From Schizochytrium sp. TIO01 (lineage: Eukaryota; Protista; Bigyra: Labyrinthulomycetes): a stretch of DNA of 64,000 nucleotides. This document shows, one piece after another, positions 44,601-54,359 of the stretch. A program made the position numbers and the translations under genes. The notes under the pieces are model-generated. The model saw only the letters and a program-made list of their open reading frames with translations. It ran no database searches and was not told where the DNA came from. Location: positions 434,001 to 498,000 of the forward strand of contig SMSO01000036.1 in NCBI GenBank assembly GCA_004764695.1. Reading direction: 5' to 3'. Numbering within the stretch: position 1 is the stretch's first letter; every line of letters begins with the position of its first letter.

Positions 44601-46590
44601 CGATTCAGACAGACCCACTCCTATGAAACACGTAGTCTTGAATCAGGAATTAGCTTCCCTCTTGGCCGACGCTAGAACTTTGCATGCAAAAAAGACTGAG
44701 GAGTACGATGACGCGTTAGAAGCCATTGCTGACCTCGAGGATGAAAAAGACAAGCTTTCGCAAGAAATCGAGCAAATCGAGAAAAAAATTAAAGAAAAGC
44801 TACGAGATGAGGACGACTACGACTTTCTCGATGCTTTCTGTCGTGGTGAGATCAATCCAAAATTGTTCCAGAAGAGGTACGGGTACTCGCCCGATGATAT
44901 ACAGGACGCTACTCTTGCCCTTTGCTTGAGTTTGTCCAAAAAAATTCTCGAAAAAGAAAAGTCGTTAGAAGTGAAAGAGCAACAAATTCTTGCCAAAGAA
45001 CAACGCCTTGCAAAAACGCAGGACATAGTCGATGATCATCAAGCTGAAGTGAGGAGGTTAAGTGATTTGATTTCTCGTACGGAACCGCAACATTTTCTGT
45101 CGGTCACCAGTCATCGTCTACCAGATGTTCAGGATTCACCCAAAATACGACAAAGCAACACAGATATCTCGAACCTCCATAATTACCCCACTTCGCCTGC
45201 GAAGGTCAGGTCTTTGTTAGTAAAGTCTTTCGTGGACTACTGTAACGAGAAAGGGTACATTGATATTCTGAATGAACTGCAATCTACCGTCAACTTCAAA
45301 GATGCCTTTGAGGATGTGAGTGATACGGTAAAATTCTTAAACGAAGGAACTGTCACGGACGCATTTCAGCAAGTTATGCGTGTTGTAACAAAAGCCATGA
45401 CTCAAGAATCCAACGAAAAAGTCCCTTATAAGGTCTCCATCTATACGTCTGGTCAGGAAAAAGTAGAGGGTAGAGCAGACTTTTGTTTTGCTGCTAAGAC
45501 AGTAGACGGTACCCATATTCCGTTGATCGTAGGTGAGTTCAAAGGTCCTGGTAAGAATTACTCCTACGACAACCTCAGTGAGACTTATTGTGATCATGGC
45601 TGTACTGGATGTGGATCAGACCGTCATAAAAAGTTTTCAGTTGTTCGTCAACTATACAACTACATGTTTTTGAATGGTCTACTGGTTGGCGTCTACTCGA
45701 ACTACAAAGTGACTTGTGTTTTTATCAGGGACTGTGAAGGAAATCTAATGATCACAAAGTCTGTTCGGGCTGAAGATGTTGGCGATATCGCTCGCGGCAA
45801 ACTCAGTACGATGCAACTTGTCGCACTTGCTATCTTGCTCGCAGCGGATACAAGCGAGATGAACTTCAGTGAAATTGAAAATAGCATCTTGGTTCCCTGT
45901 TTAGGCGGTCCGGGGCAGACTCCAGAACGCGTCATTCTACCTGCAGTGTGTAAAGCCAGTAATGACGCGAAGATAGAGAAACACGAAAATCAAAATTCCG
46001 CGGACCCTAAACATTTCCGCAAAGATGGGGCGTCGATTCATTTACCTTTATTAAAACTTGATGGGTACACTGAACTCCCACCCGGTCGCACGGGTAGGAC
46101 ACTTCGGATTGGTATCCCCCTACCAACAGGTGAGAGGATCGACAGCGTTTTGAAGATACTGGATTCCTTTAAGCAAGAAGAACAGATACCAGAGCTTGAA
46201 AATGAAGCTGAAATTTACAAACAGTTAAAATCGCTACAAGGCGAACACATCCCTGAATTTATCGATTATGGCCTTTTTGAATGCGATGTTCTGTACGGTC
46301 TTGGGACAAAATATTCTGGCGAACCTTTAACACCTGAAGACATCACTGATGACTTTGTGGAAAAGGCAGTGATTGCTCTCGATGAAATTCATTCCCAAGG
46401 TGTATTGCACGGTGATGTGGATGCCCGCAATGTCCTATACAATAAGGAAACTCAAAGGCCTGTCATAGTTGACTTCGGCATAGCCGTTCGCAAGATGGAA
46501 ATGAGTGATGAATACTTCGCAAGAGCTGCCGATCAAGAGATTAATGAACTTCGACATTCGTTGGGCAAAGTAAGAGGAGTAAAAAACTAA
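44485..46590 (+). CDS. Coiled-coil + PD-(D/E)xK restriction-endonuclease-fold + protein kinase (Crinkler/CR-effector-like), paralog A
   Basis: REase fold: GRADF...LIVGEFKGPG...VVRQLYNYMFLNGLLVGVYSNY. Intact kinase: PGRTG, VLKI, ENEAEIY..L..LQG.HIP, LHGDVDARN, IVDFG. Confidence 0.85.
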   Translation: MIGATIKGLKNAASKITNQTRSAARRREPRLSSIQMFTTDSDRPTPMKHVVLNQELASLLADARTLHAKKTEEYDDALEAIADLEDEKDKLSQEIEQIEKKIKEKLRDEDDYDFLDAFCRGEINPKLFQKRYGYSPDDIQDATLALCLSLSKKILEKEKSLEVKEQQILAKEQRLAKTQDIVDDHQAEVRRLSDLISRTEPQHFLSVTSHRLPDVQDSPKIRQSNTDISNLHNYPTSPAKVRSLLVKSFVDYCNEKGYIDILNELQSTVNFKDAFEDVSDTVKFLNEGTVTDAFQQVMRVVTKAMTQESNEKVPYKVSIYTSGQEKVEGRADFCFAAKTVDGTHIPLIVGEFKGPGKNYSYDNLSETYCDHGCTGCGSDRHKKFSVVRQLYNYMFLNGLLVGVYSNYKVTCVFIRDCEGNLMITKSVRAEDVGDIARGKLSTMQLVALAILLAADTSEMNFSEIENSILVPCLGGPGQTPERVILPAVCKASNDAKIEKHENQNSADPKHFRKDGASIHLPLLKLDGYTELPPGRTGRTLRIGIPLPTGERIDSVLKILDSFKQEEQIPELENEAEIYKQLKSLQGEHIPEFIDYGLFECDVLYGLGTKYSGEPLTPEDITDDFVEKAVIALDEIHSQGVLHGDVDARNVLYNKETQRPVIVDFGIAVRKMEMSDEYFARAADQEINELRHSLGKVRGVKN

Positions 46591-46672
46591 AACATTTACA
46601 GTTGTTGTATTTCTTCTTTAAAAAAGGAAAAGTTATCATTTACGAAATTATACTATGATTCTCTTCTTTAAA

Positions 46673-49600
46673 TTATTCTTCGTGGGAATCCTCTTCAGAT
46701 TCTTCTTCTTGTGAATCCTCTTCTTCTTCAGATTCTTCTTCTTGTGAATCCTCCTCTTCTTCAGATTCTTCTTCTTGTGAATCCTCTTCTTCTTCAGATT
46801 CTTCTTCTTGTGAATCCTCCTCTTCTTCAGATTCTTCTTCTTGTGAATCTTCTTCTTCTTCAGATTCTTCTTCAGAATCCTCTTCTTCTTCAGAATCCTC
46901 TTCTTCTTGTGAATCCTCTTCTTCTTCAGAATCCTCTTCTTCTTCAGATTCTTCTTGTGAATCCTCTTCTTCTTGTGAATCCTCTTCTTCTTCAGAATCC
47001 TCTTCTTCTTCAGATTCTTCTTCAGAATCCTCTTCTTCTTCTTCAGAATCCTCTTCTTCTTGAGATTCTGCAGAATGATGCCCCTCATTTTCACTCAAAA
47101 ATAAAGTACTACGATTTGCAATGGCGTGGTCAAACGGTTGTTCTTCTTCATCTGATGATTCATCCAAATCGCTTTCAACAAGAGACTCATTATTATTTAA
47201 AAAATCTTCTCCATCAGCTACACGAAGTATCAAATTCCATCGATAAATATCCTTCTGAATCCTTTTGAATAAAGATGGCGGATAGTTCTGCTCAACAATC
47301 ACGTCTAAGTCTAACACAGGGCCTTTGTTTGTACCTTTTTGTTTATTGTTTACTTTTCTGTATTCATCTCTATATGCTTTACCCTGCACTGTCTTTTCCA
47401 ACCCTTCTTCTGACCCTTCCTCTTCTTCTACTCCTTCCTTTGATTGAAATCCCCTTTCTCCTACTGATCCTCTACTTCGTGAATCAGGATCTTTGTGAGG
47501 AGCTGTGTATGAATGTTCTGTTTGTTCTCTTAAGTACAGGTGCGATATTCTTTTGTGCATATTCTTCTGCTCAGGCAAAGAGTGAAAGTGCGGAAGAACA
47601 TCATAGCGATATGAGTGATGATCCGTTGAAGCAATCTCGGTACCGAGAAAAGGTTCGTTCCTTAGAAGATTTAGTCGACGAGCCAATTCGCGCTGCAAAG
47701 ACAACATAAAATAATCACCCTTTAATAAGTTTGGTAGATTGTGTATTAGATCTGCACGATCGCCGTCATCATACGTTTTAAATTTTCTTAGTCCATGCAG
47801 GAGGATCAACCTATCAAAAGTGCTACCGTCTAATTTAGAAATAAGATCATCAATTGATGAGTTGGCTGAATTCAAAATTTCCTTGTATGTGTAAAATATG
47901 TCGATGATATTACTGATCCTCTCTATATCCATTAGCTTTTCATTAAAAGAGAGCGATTCAGCAGTCATGATACTCCTAAACATATCATGTGTAGTAAAGT
48001 ATGGAAGATACATGTTAGGATAAGCATCTATGAGTTCCAACAAGAAAAATTTAGCTGACCTTTCGTTGTCTCTGAAGAAGTGAGTACCATATTCCAAGTT
48101 GAAGAACTTCCTTGAAAAATCCGCAACCTTATCTGCCTGCTTAAGAATGGCATCGTAAACCATGCTAGATGTTATACCTCTAAGACCGAATAAAGTAGAC
48201 TTGCTAGATGGAGGAATGCTATCATTGTCAAAAATTGCCAAGATCACATCAGGAAATTGCTCAGGTGGTACTTGTTTCATCACCCATGATAACGGTTCCA
48301 AATCCGCTTCCAATGACTGGAAGATTTCTTGAAATTGTATCACCTCCTTCTGTTGAATAGATTCGTCAAACATTTTTCTAAAGGTCCTGAAATTCACCTT
48401 TTTCATGATGAAAGTCTTACGGGGGAACATTTTCAAAGAAATGGTCATTTGACTCGCAATACACAATTGCTCGAAGCCATTGGTAAAATCATTAGTGGAT
48501 ACCATGTCAATGCATTCCATGTAGGATTTTGCAACAATCATCCAAAAATGAGGAATATGTTTCAAAAGTGAAGCGCACAAGATCAAGCCAGCGATGGTAT
48601 CCAAAGGAGCACCGGGCATGAAAACCTTTAGATAATGGACCACAACTTTAAAGTAAACACTAGACGACACTGATGATTCGTCCATTGATCGAATTGCCTC
48701 GTTATCTAGATTGTTGAGTAATTTGGGAATGACCTCCTGCACTTTCATGTACTTATAATTCAGAATCTGATCAAACAGAGCGAGCACTTCATCGGCATTA
48801 TTCTCATTAACTTCTGAATAACCTTCACATAATTTGTACATAATCCCCAAATCCCTTAGTTTAGTCATTGAGCTTAACCATTGCATGTCTTCAGGATCTT
48901 CAGTGTCCAACTGAGATAGGATTGTTGGGATGATTTCTCCATCAAGCTCCTCTATAAATTCGCTACTATTCAAGGATTCATCGATCGCTTCTTTATAAGA
49001 TTCAGGAATGATATCGATTGAGTAACGCTTTATGGACTGCCAATATTCCAGCTCAAGACCGTCCAAAAGGTAAAGTCTGAACCTATTGAGCAAGGCTAGC
49101 TTTGTCCAATTTAAGCGCCTATTTTGAGCATCTTTTCGAATCAATTTAAACTTGACTACCGCAAAATCAGAATCATCTAAAATTGCATCTTTCAACTTGA
49201 CCATTTCGAATAAGTCCCCCCCATCGACTTGAGGATTCAAAATGTGAACAACACAAAACAACCAAACTTGCAATAGTATGGTAAGAAACTGACGTTCAAG
49301 AGTGCTTAATGCCGAGGATTCATAATTCAGCGCAAAGCCATCAACCATTGAACTCGTCGGAACCAATTGTTTCGTATTTAATAATTGTTTCTTCCATGTA
49401 CCCTTACCATAGTTTTCAATTTCTCGATCAAGACTTTCATCGATAGGAATGCGCTGTAAGAGACTATCGGAAGTGAATTGAATACAGTACTGCCTCTTTC
49501 GCGGTGAAAGCATCAAATACAATAAAGCGTTGTCCCGTTGAACGATTACGATGACCATTTGTGCATAACCAGACAAGGACCCTGGAGAATTGCTTGAATC

Positions 49601-51193
49601 GCCACTGTCTGCATGATGAGACAATAGATTGATTACATTTGGAGGGATGACAATATTTCCAGGAGTCATGGAAATTCTCGTCGATAAAATTTCAACATGC
49701 TCAAAGTAAGGACTCATTAGTGAAGTTAGTCGCACGGGGATGAGTTCTTCAGATAATGTCCTCGAGTCACCCTCGTCAATTTCTATCTGATCGCCAAAGA
49801 TAGCCAGTTCCCGAATGAGAGTTTTATCACATTTAGCGATAAAACTAGCAAAGCGCAGCATGGTCTGTCCCATAAATTCGCCTGAGCAATTGTGGAAATT
49901 CACAAATCGATCGAAAAGAAGAGTAGGATCAAAACTTTCGGCAGTGATGTCAAACCTGTCACGCAAAGTGGTTCCATCAGCAGAGGCCTCCCCAAATTCT
50001 CCTTTGAATCCTACTTTGGATTTAGCATCAGTATAATCAACTGGAGCCAAGACCACATAGGTAACTAGCAAACACCACGCGAAACAGAATCCGTCTGTGA
50101 GTCTTTGCGTCCAAAGAGTCTCAAGATCAGATGTTCTTTTCGTAACGCGTAAGTTAACATTCTGGCGGTACCAACGCCCTGAACTTGATTGAGGACCGAT
50201 ACGGCCGAATGATTGACTTAAGTTTGTAAGAAATCTCCAGGGAATCCCATCTTTCTCTGAATTCTCTTCTGCTTCAGACCCTGACCCCACATCCAACAGA
50301 AAGTACTTTGTTTTCTCTTGTTTATTGAACTTCCTAAATGACCTTTCAACTAATTCCCTCATCCTTGCTGTGAACACTTCAACATCATACAGCCGTGTTC
50401 CCCTCCCGTGTGGTTCAAAATGAATGACAGAATGCTCTTTTAAATCTAAAATTAAAAGATTTGCATGGAGGTCATCTTCTTCTTGATCATCTTCCTCACT
50501 TGAATCATCTTCAAAATTATCTAGAACAATTGGTAACGAATAGTATCTAGCCTCATCCGGATCTTCTACAAGAATGTTGTAAATAAAATTGACAGTGTCG
50601 TCCAAGTTATGAAATCTTTGAGTTGTAACGTGATAAGTAATATTAGTTTCAATATGAATCGAAACATGTTCTTGATCAGGACTTGTTTTATTGATGATAT
50701 CCTCGAGGATATGAACAATCTCATAGACCCTCGCATCCGCCGAAGAATAACCCAAATAGTTGCCATCATCGAATCCAAAACACTCCAACATAGCTGGACC
50801 GAAAGATTTTAGCTTATGAAAACCCTTTGTGGTTAACAATTCCTTCAAGTATTGCTCTGATTCTCTTGTGAGCGAAGCGTTCAACTCTTTATCCTCCTTT
50901 TTGACAATCGACCGTCCTCTCTTTTTCCCGTCCCCTGATGTTTGAGCAAGCAATTGTGGAGACTCAGGTAGCGTATTTTCAGCATCCTGCACGGTTTTAC
51001 TACCTTCATTCGTACCATCTTCAACCTGATGATCAAATTCATCTAGTTTCGCATTCTGTTCAAGAACCTCTGCATACGACATACTGTTGGTTATGTGGAG
51101 AATGATTCGATTGAGTTGACGCTTGAACTGTGGGTTTTCATCTCTTAGACGAACTGCCCGCCTAAGCACATCCTCGTAAACCGCGTCCGACAT
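46673..51193 (-). CDS. 1506-aa protein with an N-terminal virus-type cysteine protease domain (His-Glu-Cys order) and an acidic repeat tail
   Basis: HANLLILDL...HFEPHG...GPQS...DGFCFAWCLL. C-terminal (EEEDSQEE/EEES)n repeat. Confidence 0.8.
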   Translation of the reverse strand: MSDAVYEDVLRRAVRLRDENPQFKRQLNRIILHITNSMSYAEVLEQNAKLDEFDHQVEDGTNEGSKTVQDAENTLPESPQLLAQTSGDGKKRGRSIVKKEDKELNASLTRESEQYLKELLTTKGFHKLKSFGPAMLECFGFDDGNYLGYSSADARVYEIVHILEDIINKTSPDQEHVSIHIETNITYHVTTQRFHNLDDTVNFIYNILVEDPDEARYYSLPIVLDNFEDDSSEEDDQEEDDLHANLLILDLKEHSVIHFEPHGRGTRLYDVEVFTARMRELVERSFRKFNKQEKTKYFLLDVGSGSEAEENSEKDGIPWRFLTNLSQSFGRIGPQSSSGRWYRQNVNLRVTKRTSDLETLWTQRLTDGFCFAWCLLVTYVVLAPVDYTDAKSKVGFKGEFGEASADGTTLRDRFDITAESFDPTLLFDRFVNFHNCSGEFMGQTMLRFASFIAKCDKTLIRELAIFGDQIEIDEGDSRTLSEELIPVRLTSLMSPYFEHVEILSTRISMTPGNIVIPPNVINLLSHHADSGDSSNSPGSLSGYAQMVIVIVQRDNALLYLMLSPRKRQYCIQFTSDSLLQRIPIDESLDREIENYGKGTWKKQLLNTKQLVPTSSMVDGFALNYESSALSTLERQFLTILLQVWLFCVVHILNPQVDGGDLFEMVKLKDAILDDSDFAVVKFKLIRKDAQNRRLNWTKLALLNRFRLYLLDGLELEYWQSIKRYSIDIIPESYKEAIDESLNSSEFIEELDGEIIPTILSQLDTEDPEDMQWLSSMTKLRDLGIMYKLCEGYSEVNENNADEVLALFDQILNYKYMKVQEVIPKLLNNLDNEAIRSMDESSVSSSVYFKVVVHYLKVFMPGAPLDTIAGLILCASLLKHIPHFWMIVAKSYMECIDMVSTNDFTNGFEQLCIASQMTISLKMFPRKTFIMKKVNFRTFRKMFDESIQQKEVIQFQEIFQSLEADLEPLSWVMKQVPPEQFPDVILAIFDNDSIPPSSKSTLFGLRGITSSMVYDAILKQADKVADFSRKFFNLEYGTHFFRDNERSAKFFLLELIDAYPNMYLPYFTTHDMFRSIMTAESLSFNEKLMDIERISNIIDIFYTYKEILNSANSSIDDLISKLDGSTFDRLILLHGLRKFKTYDDGDRADLIHNLPNLLKGDYFMLSLQRELARRLNLLRNEPFLGTEIASTDHHSYRYDVLPHFHSLPEQKNMHKRISHLYLREQTEHSYTAPHKDPDSRSRGSVGERGFQSKEGVEEEEGSEEGLEKTVQGKAYRDEYRKVNNKQKGTNKGPVLDLDVIVEQNYPPSLFKRIQKDIYRWNLILRVADGEDFLNNNESLVESDLDESSDEEEQPFDHAIANRSTLFLSENEGHHSAESQEEEDSEEEEEDSEEESEEEEDSEEEEDSQEEEDSQEESEEEEDSEEEEDSQEEEDSEEEEDSEEESEEEEDSQEEESEEEEDSQEEESEEEEDSQEEESEEEEDSQEEESEEEEDSQEEESEEDSHEE
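46677..47070 (-). repeat. Coding minisatellite encoding (EEEEDS[Q/E]EES)n
   Basis: Tandem gaatcctcttcttcttca-type units on the + strand. Confidence 0.95.
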
Positions 51194-51254
51194 GATGTAA
51201 GCCAGCTACTATTATTATAATTCAGATTCACTTTATACATATAATGACTAGTCT

Positions 51255-51980
51255 ATGAGTATCATTTCCTATTGTTCAACATGGCAGTTCAACATTGTTT
51301 GTGCACTTTTGCACCTTGCGTCTACCATTGCTATGGTTGTTCTCTCAGTGGATCCAAACAAAGGGAGAGTGGTCTTAACATTAGGTGACATAGATACCAC
51401 ATGGTGGACGCCTTCAGTCTTCAGCGGACTTGCCCTCTTTTCAGGAATTACGGCCGCGTTTCACTGCTTCTACGCATATCTTATTCGCATTGGAAACATC
51501 GGCTCCATGCGCTTTTTAGAGTACTCCATCACTGCATCGATCATGGCCGTCATTATTGCAATCTTATGCAGAATAGATGACATTTTCACTCTCACAGGCA
51601 TTGCCGGTCTCATGATGACAACAATGGTCTTTGGGTATCTAGAAGACATCCTCCCTTTTACAGGTGATAAATCGAGATTGATGATCAAACCATTCTGGCT
51701 CGGTTGCATTCCTTACCTTTTCGCATGGGTTATTATCAGTTGGTCTTTCTTTGCAGAAATCAACCATGACGTACCACACTTTGTCATTGCTATTTTTTTC
51801 ATTGAATTCTTCATGTTTTCATGCTTTGCGTTAGTACAGTATATCTATGTGGTGAGGGAAGAACGCATGTTAACTGACGAGGAAGTGCTTACTATGGATG
51901 GATGGTACAACCTTTTGTCACTGACCTCCAAGTTGCTTTTAGTGTGGATATGCTTTGGTGGAATCGAGTCAAATTTTTAA
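51255..51980 (+). CDS. Heliorhodopsin
   Basis: Seven TM segments with TM1 His (LLHL), TM2 His (TAAFH), RFLEYSITASIM (counterion Glu), MVFGYLE, VPHFV, FSCFALVQ and YNLLSLTSKLLL.W (retinal-binding Lys in an SxxxK motif). Confidence 0.93.
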   Translation: MSIISYCSTWQFNIVCALLHLASTIAMVVLSVDPNKGRVVLTLGDIDTTWWTPSVFSGLALFSGITAAFHCFYAYLIRIGNIGSMRFLEYSITASIMAVIIAILCRIDDIFTLTGIAGLMMTTMVFGYLEDILPFTGDKSRLMIKPFWLGCIPYLFAWVIISWSFFAEINHDVPHFVIAIFFIEFFMFSCFALVQYIYVVREERMLTDEEVLTMDGWYNLLSLTSKLLLVWICFGGIESNF

Positions 51981-53078
51981 GCGATAGGTAAGACGCTCCT
52001 CTCTGTATTTTTCTTGCCGCGTTTGTCCATAACCTATCACTTTAAATAAATTGACTCCACGCGCATCAGAGTAGTCCACTTGCCCTTTGAGTGCATCTTC
52101 TAGGGCTCCTTTAACTTCCTTTTCCAGGCTTTCATGTCGAGAGTTCGGGTTGAAACGGATAATCACCAAAGGCTTCACACTTCTTCCATTACCAATTAAC
52201 TGATCATGAATTTCCTGCAATCTTTTCATTTCACATGCTATGTCATAACCACTGTGACTTTCTTCATCGCATTCGACCACAATATAATAGGGTAAGTCAT
52301 TATCTGAAAAAACAAAGTCAGCACGCCGACGGTTTACTACCTTACATGCACTATCTTTGATGATGCGATCATGGCTCGAAGGGTGAAATCCCCAAGAATG
52401 AAAACGCTCGTTCCACTCATTTTCTAGTCTCATATGACGCTCCTCTCTCTTTTCACACGTCCAACAAATGCGAATCCTACGGAAAAGTCTACGATTCGAT
52501 AAAAGACGCCCACACTTACGTTCGCAAAGGTTTTTGGAATCAGGCTCACAAATAAAGCAGTAAGTACGGCGCCTCTTGTGGATACAAATATACGTGCCAT
52601 CGCAATCTACACACCGGTTAGGTTTTCGTCCATGCCCACAATACATTCTTCTGTTTTCTCCAGCTCGGTTCTTATCCACCCAATATTCCCTACCACTCAG
52701 AGAACATTTATAAATAGTCTTAGCGTTGCCACATACACGAATAACAGGATCTACCACTTTATTTCTTTTCTTTCTTTTAGATTGTTTTTTTAAAGTTTCA
52801 TCTACTACATGTTCTCTAGTCTTAGCATTATTGCCATGCACTACTACTTCATTTCTTTTAGATTGTTTTTTTTAAGTTTCATCTACTAGATGTTCTCTAG
52901 TCTTAGCATTATTGCCATGCACTACTACTTCATTTCTTTTAGATTGTTTTTTTAAAGTTTCATCTAATACATGTTCTCTAGTCTTAGCATTATTGACATG
53001 CACTACTACTTCATTTCTTTTAGATTGTTTTTTTAAAGTTTCATCTACTACATAAACGCGACTACTCCTCAATCTCAT
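51969..53078 (-). pseudogene. Cys-rich zinc-finger + PD-(D/E)xK endonuclease of large DNA viruses, interrupted by an in-frame TAA at 52872-52874
   Basis: CGHGRKPNRCVDCDG.YICIH...CFIC repeats and RRADFVF...IVVECDEESH..Y..CE.KR...VIIRFNP. The ATG at 53078 is in the same frame as ORF 51969-52841. Confidence 0.78.
52776..53053. repeat. 81-bp tandem repeat, ~3.4 copies (27-aa unit LKKQSKRNEVVVHGNNAKTREHVVDET)
   Basis: attgttttttt... recurs at 52781, 52862, 52943 and 53024. Confidence 0.95.
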
Positions 53079-53189
53079 GATATAGCTTTTTTATTTTATA
53101 ATCTCACACTATTAAGGGTTTAGTTATTGAAGATTTTGCAATAAATAGATTATCAACGCTAATCCTAGTAGTTTGTTTATCACATTTAC

Positions 53190-53363
53190 ATGTCGAACAT
53201 TACGAACTCCACACTCAGGGAGAATGCAATATCTTTAGGCTTAGACAGAGGTGGTTTGGCGATTCTATTGTTCTTTATACTGATTTTATTCATCCTCGCA
53301 CACATCTTTCTTAAAAAGGAAAAAGCCACAAAAACGCCCTCGGCTACCGTTGTAGTAATATAA
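53190..53363 (+). CDS. 57-aa single-pass membrane microprotein (absent from the ORF track)
   Basis: ATG at 53190 to TAA at 53361-53363 gives MSNITNSTLRENAISLGLDRGGLAILLFFILILFILAHIFLKKEKATKTPSATVVVI. It fills the gap between two viral genes. Confidence 0.65.
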   Translation: MSNITNSTLRENAISLGLDRGGLAILLFFILILFILAHIFLKKEKATKTPSATVVVI

Positions 53364-53413
53364 CATAAACGAAATTATCATTTTTATAAAAAAAAAAATA
53401 AAAAATAGTAAAC

Positions 53414-54025
53414 ATGAACCTTACTCGAGTCGTTGGAATAGATGTGGGATTCAGCCATCTTGCCTGTGCGTTTGCAGACATTGACAATGAAACGTTTGAA
53501 ATCACGCCCGTCTATGCGCACATGCAAGACCTTCGCAATCTTACATGTAAAAAACCCAAAGAATGCCCTTTCGAAGAAAAGGATCGCAAAGGCGCACATC
53601 TCGTTCACCATTTTGTGGAGCTGCTCCGACCATGGTTTCAAAAAGTAGATCAAGTCATCATCGAAGCGCAGCCCATCACAAGTACTCACAAAGACATTGA
53701 ACAGCTTCTTCATGTTTTCCTAAAGCAGAGATTTGGGGCAAGGAAAGGATCATCTTTTGTCCAATTGATCTCACCACGCTCCATGCATGCATATTTTAAA
53801 ATGTCACAATCTAAAGTTGAAAGGCGCGTACAGGTCGTGGAAATCACTTCAAAACTTTTACACACTTTACCAGCCTTCAGAAAAGCAGTTCAAAAAGACC
53901 ACCTCGGTGACGCCATGGCATATATCATGTTCTATGCGCAAACAATATTACCCACCATCGTACTTGTGAAGGAAGTCAACCCTTTTGCAAAATATGCTCT
54001 GGCAGAGCAAGACATTCTCAATTAA
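53414..54025 (+). CDS. Holliday junction resolvase (RuvC-like, poxvirus A22 type)
   Basis: VVGIDVGFSHLACA, VIIEAQP, ISPR and KDHLGDAMAY supply the RuvC-fold acidic catalytic residues. Confidence 0.9.
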   Translation: MNLTRVVGIDVGFSHLACAFADIDNETFEITPVYAHMQDLRNLTCKKPKECPFEEKDRKGAHLVHHFVELLRPWFQKVDQVIIEAQPITSTHKDIEQLLHVFLKQRFGARKGSSFVQLISPRSMHAYFKMSQSKVERRVQVVEITSKLLHTLPAFRKAVQKDHLGDAMAYIMFYAQTILPTIVLVKEVNPFAKYALAEQDILN

Positions 54026-54035
54026 AACAAAAACA

Positions 54036-54250
54036 TGATTGGGAATTTAAAAAAAGAATGCTATTCTCATTCTAATGATTGGGAATAAATAAAAAAAGAA
54101 AAATGCTATTTTCATTCTAATGATTGGGTATTTTAAAAAAAAAATGTTATTTGATTGAGAATTTAAAAAAAATGAACATGAAAAAGTCAAAAATAATCAT
54201 TCTAATGATTAGGAATAAAAAAGAAAAAGAATGTTCATTTGACCATGAAA
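54036..54250. repeat. AT-rich degenerate tandem repeat with (CATTCTA)ATGATTGGGAAT core, ~5 copies
   Basis: Cores at ~54036, 54074, 54120, 54152 and 54204, separated by A-tracts. Confidence 0.8.
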
Positions 54251-54359
54251 AAGCAACAAACATTTTTATTTTATTTTTTTTAAAGATTGACAAGCAACAG
54301 GAACTGAAGGGGAAAAAGAAAAAAAGAAAGGAACGTAGGAAAGGAAAGCAAGTTTAGTC

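Noticed and set aside
46648-47268. K/R-rich and L/Q/N/P-rich repetitive ORFs (46648-47094 -, 46711-47268 +)
   Set aside because: Alternative-frame readings of the acidic coding minisatellite in the 1506-aa gene.
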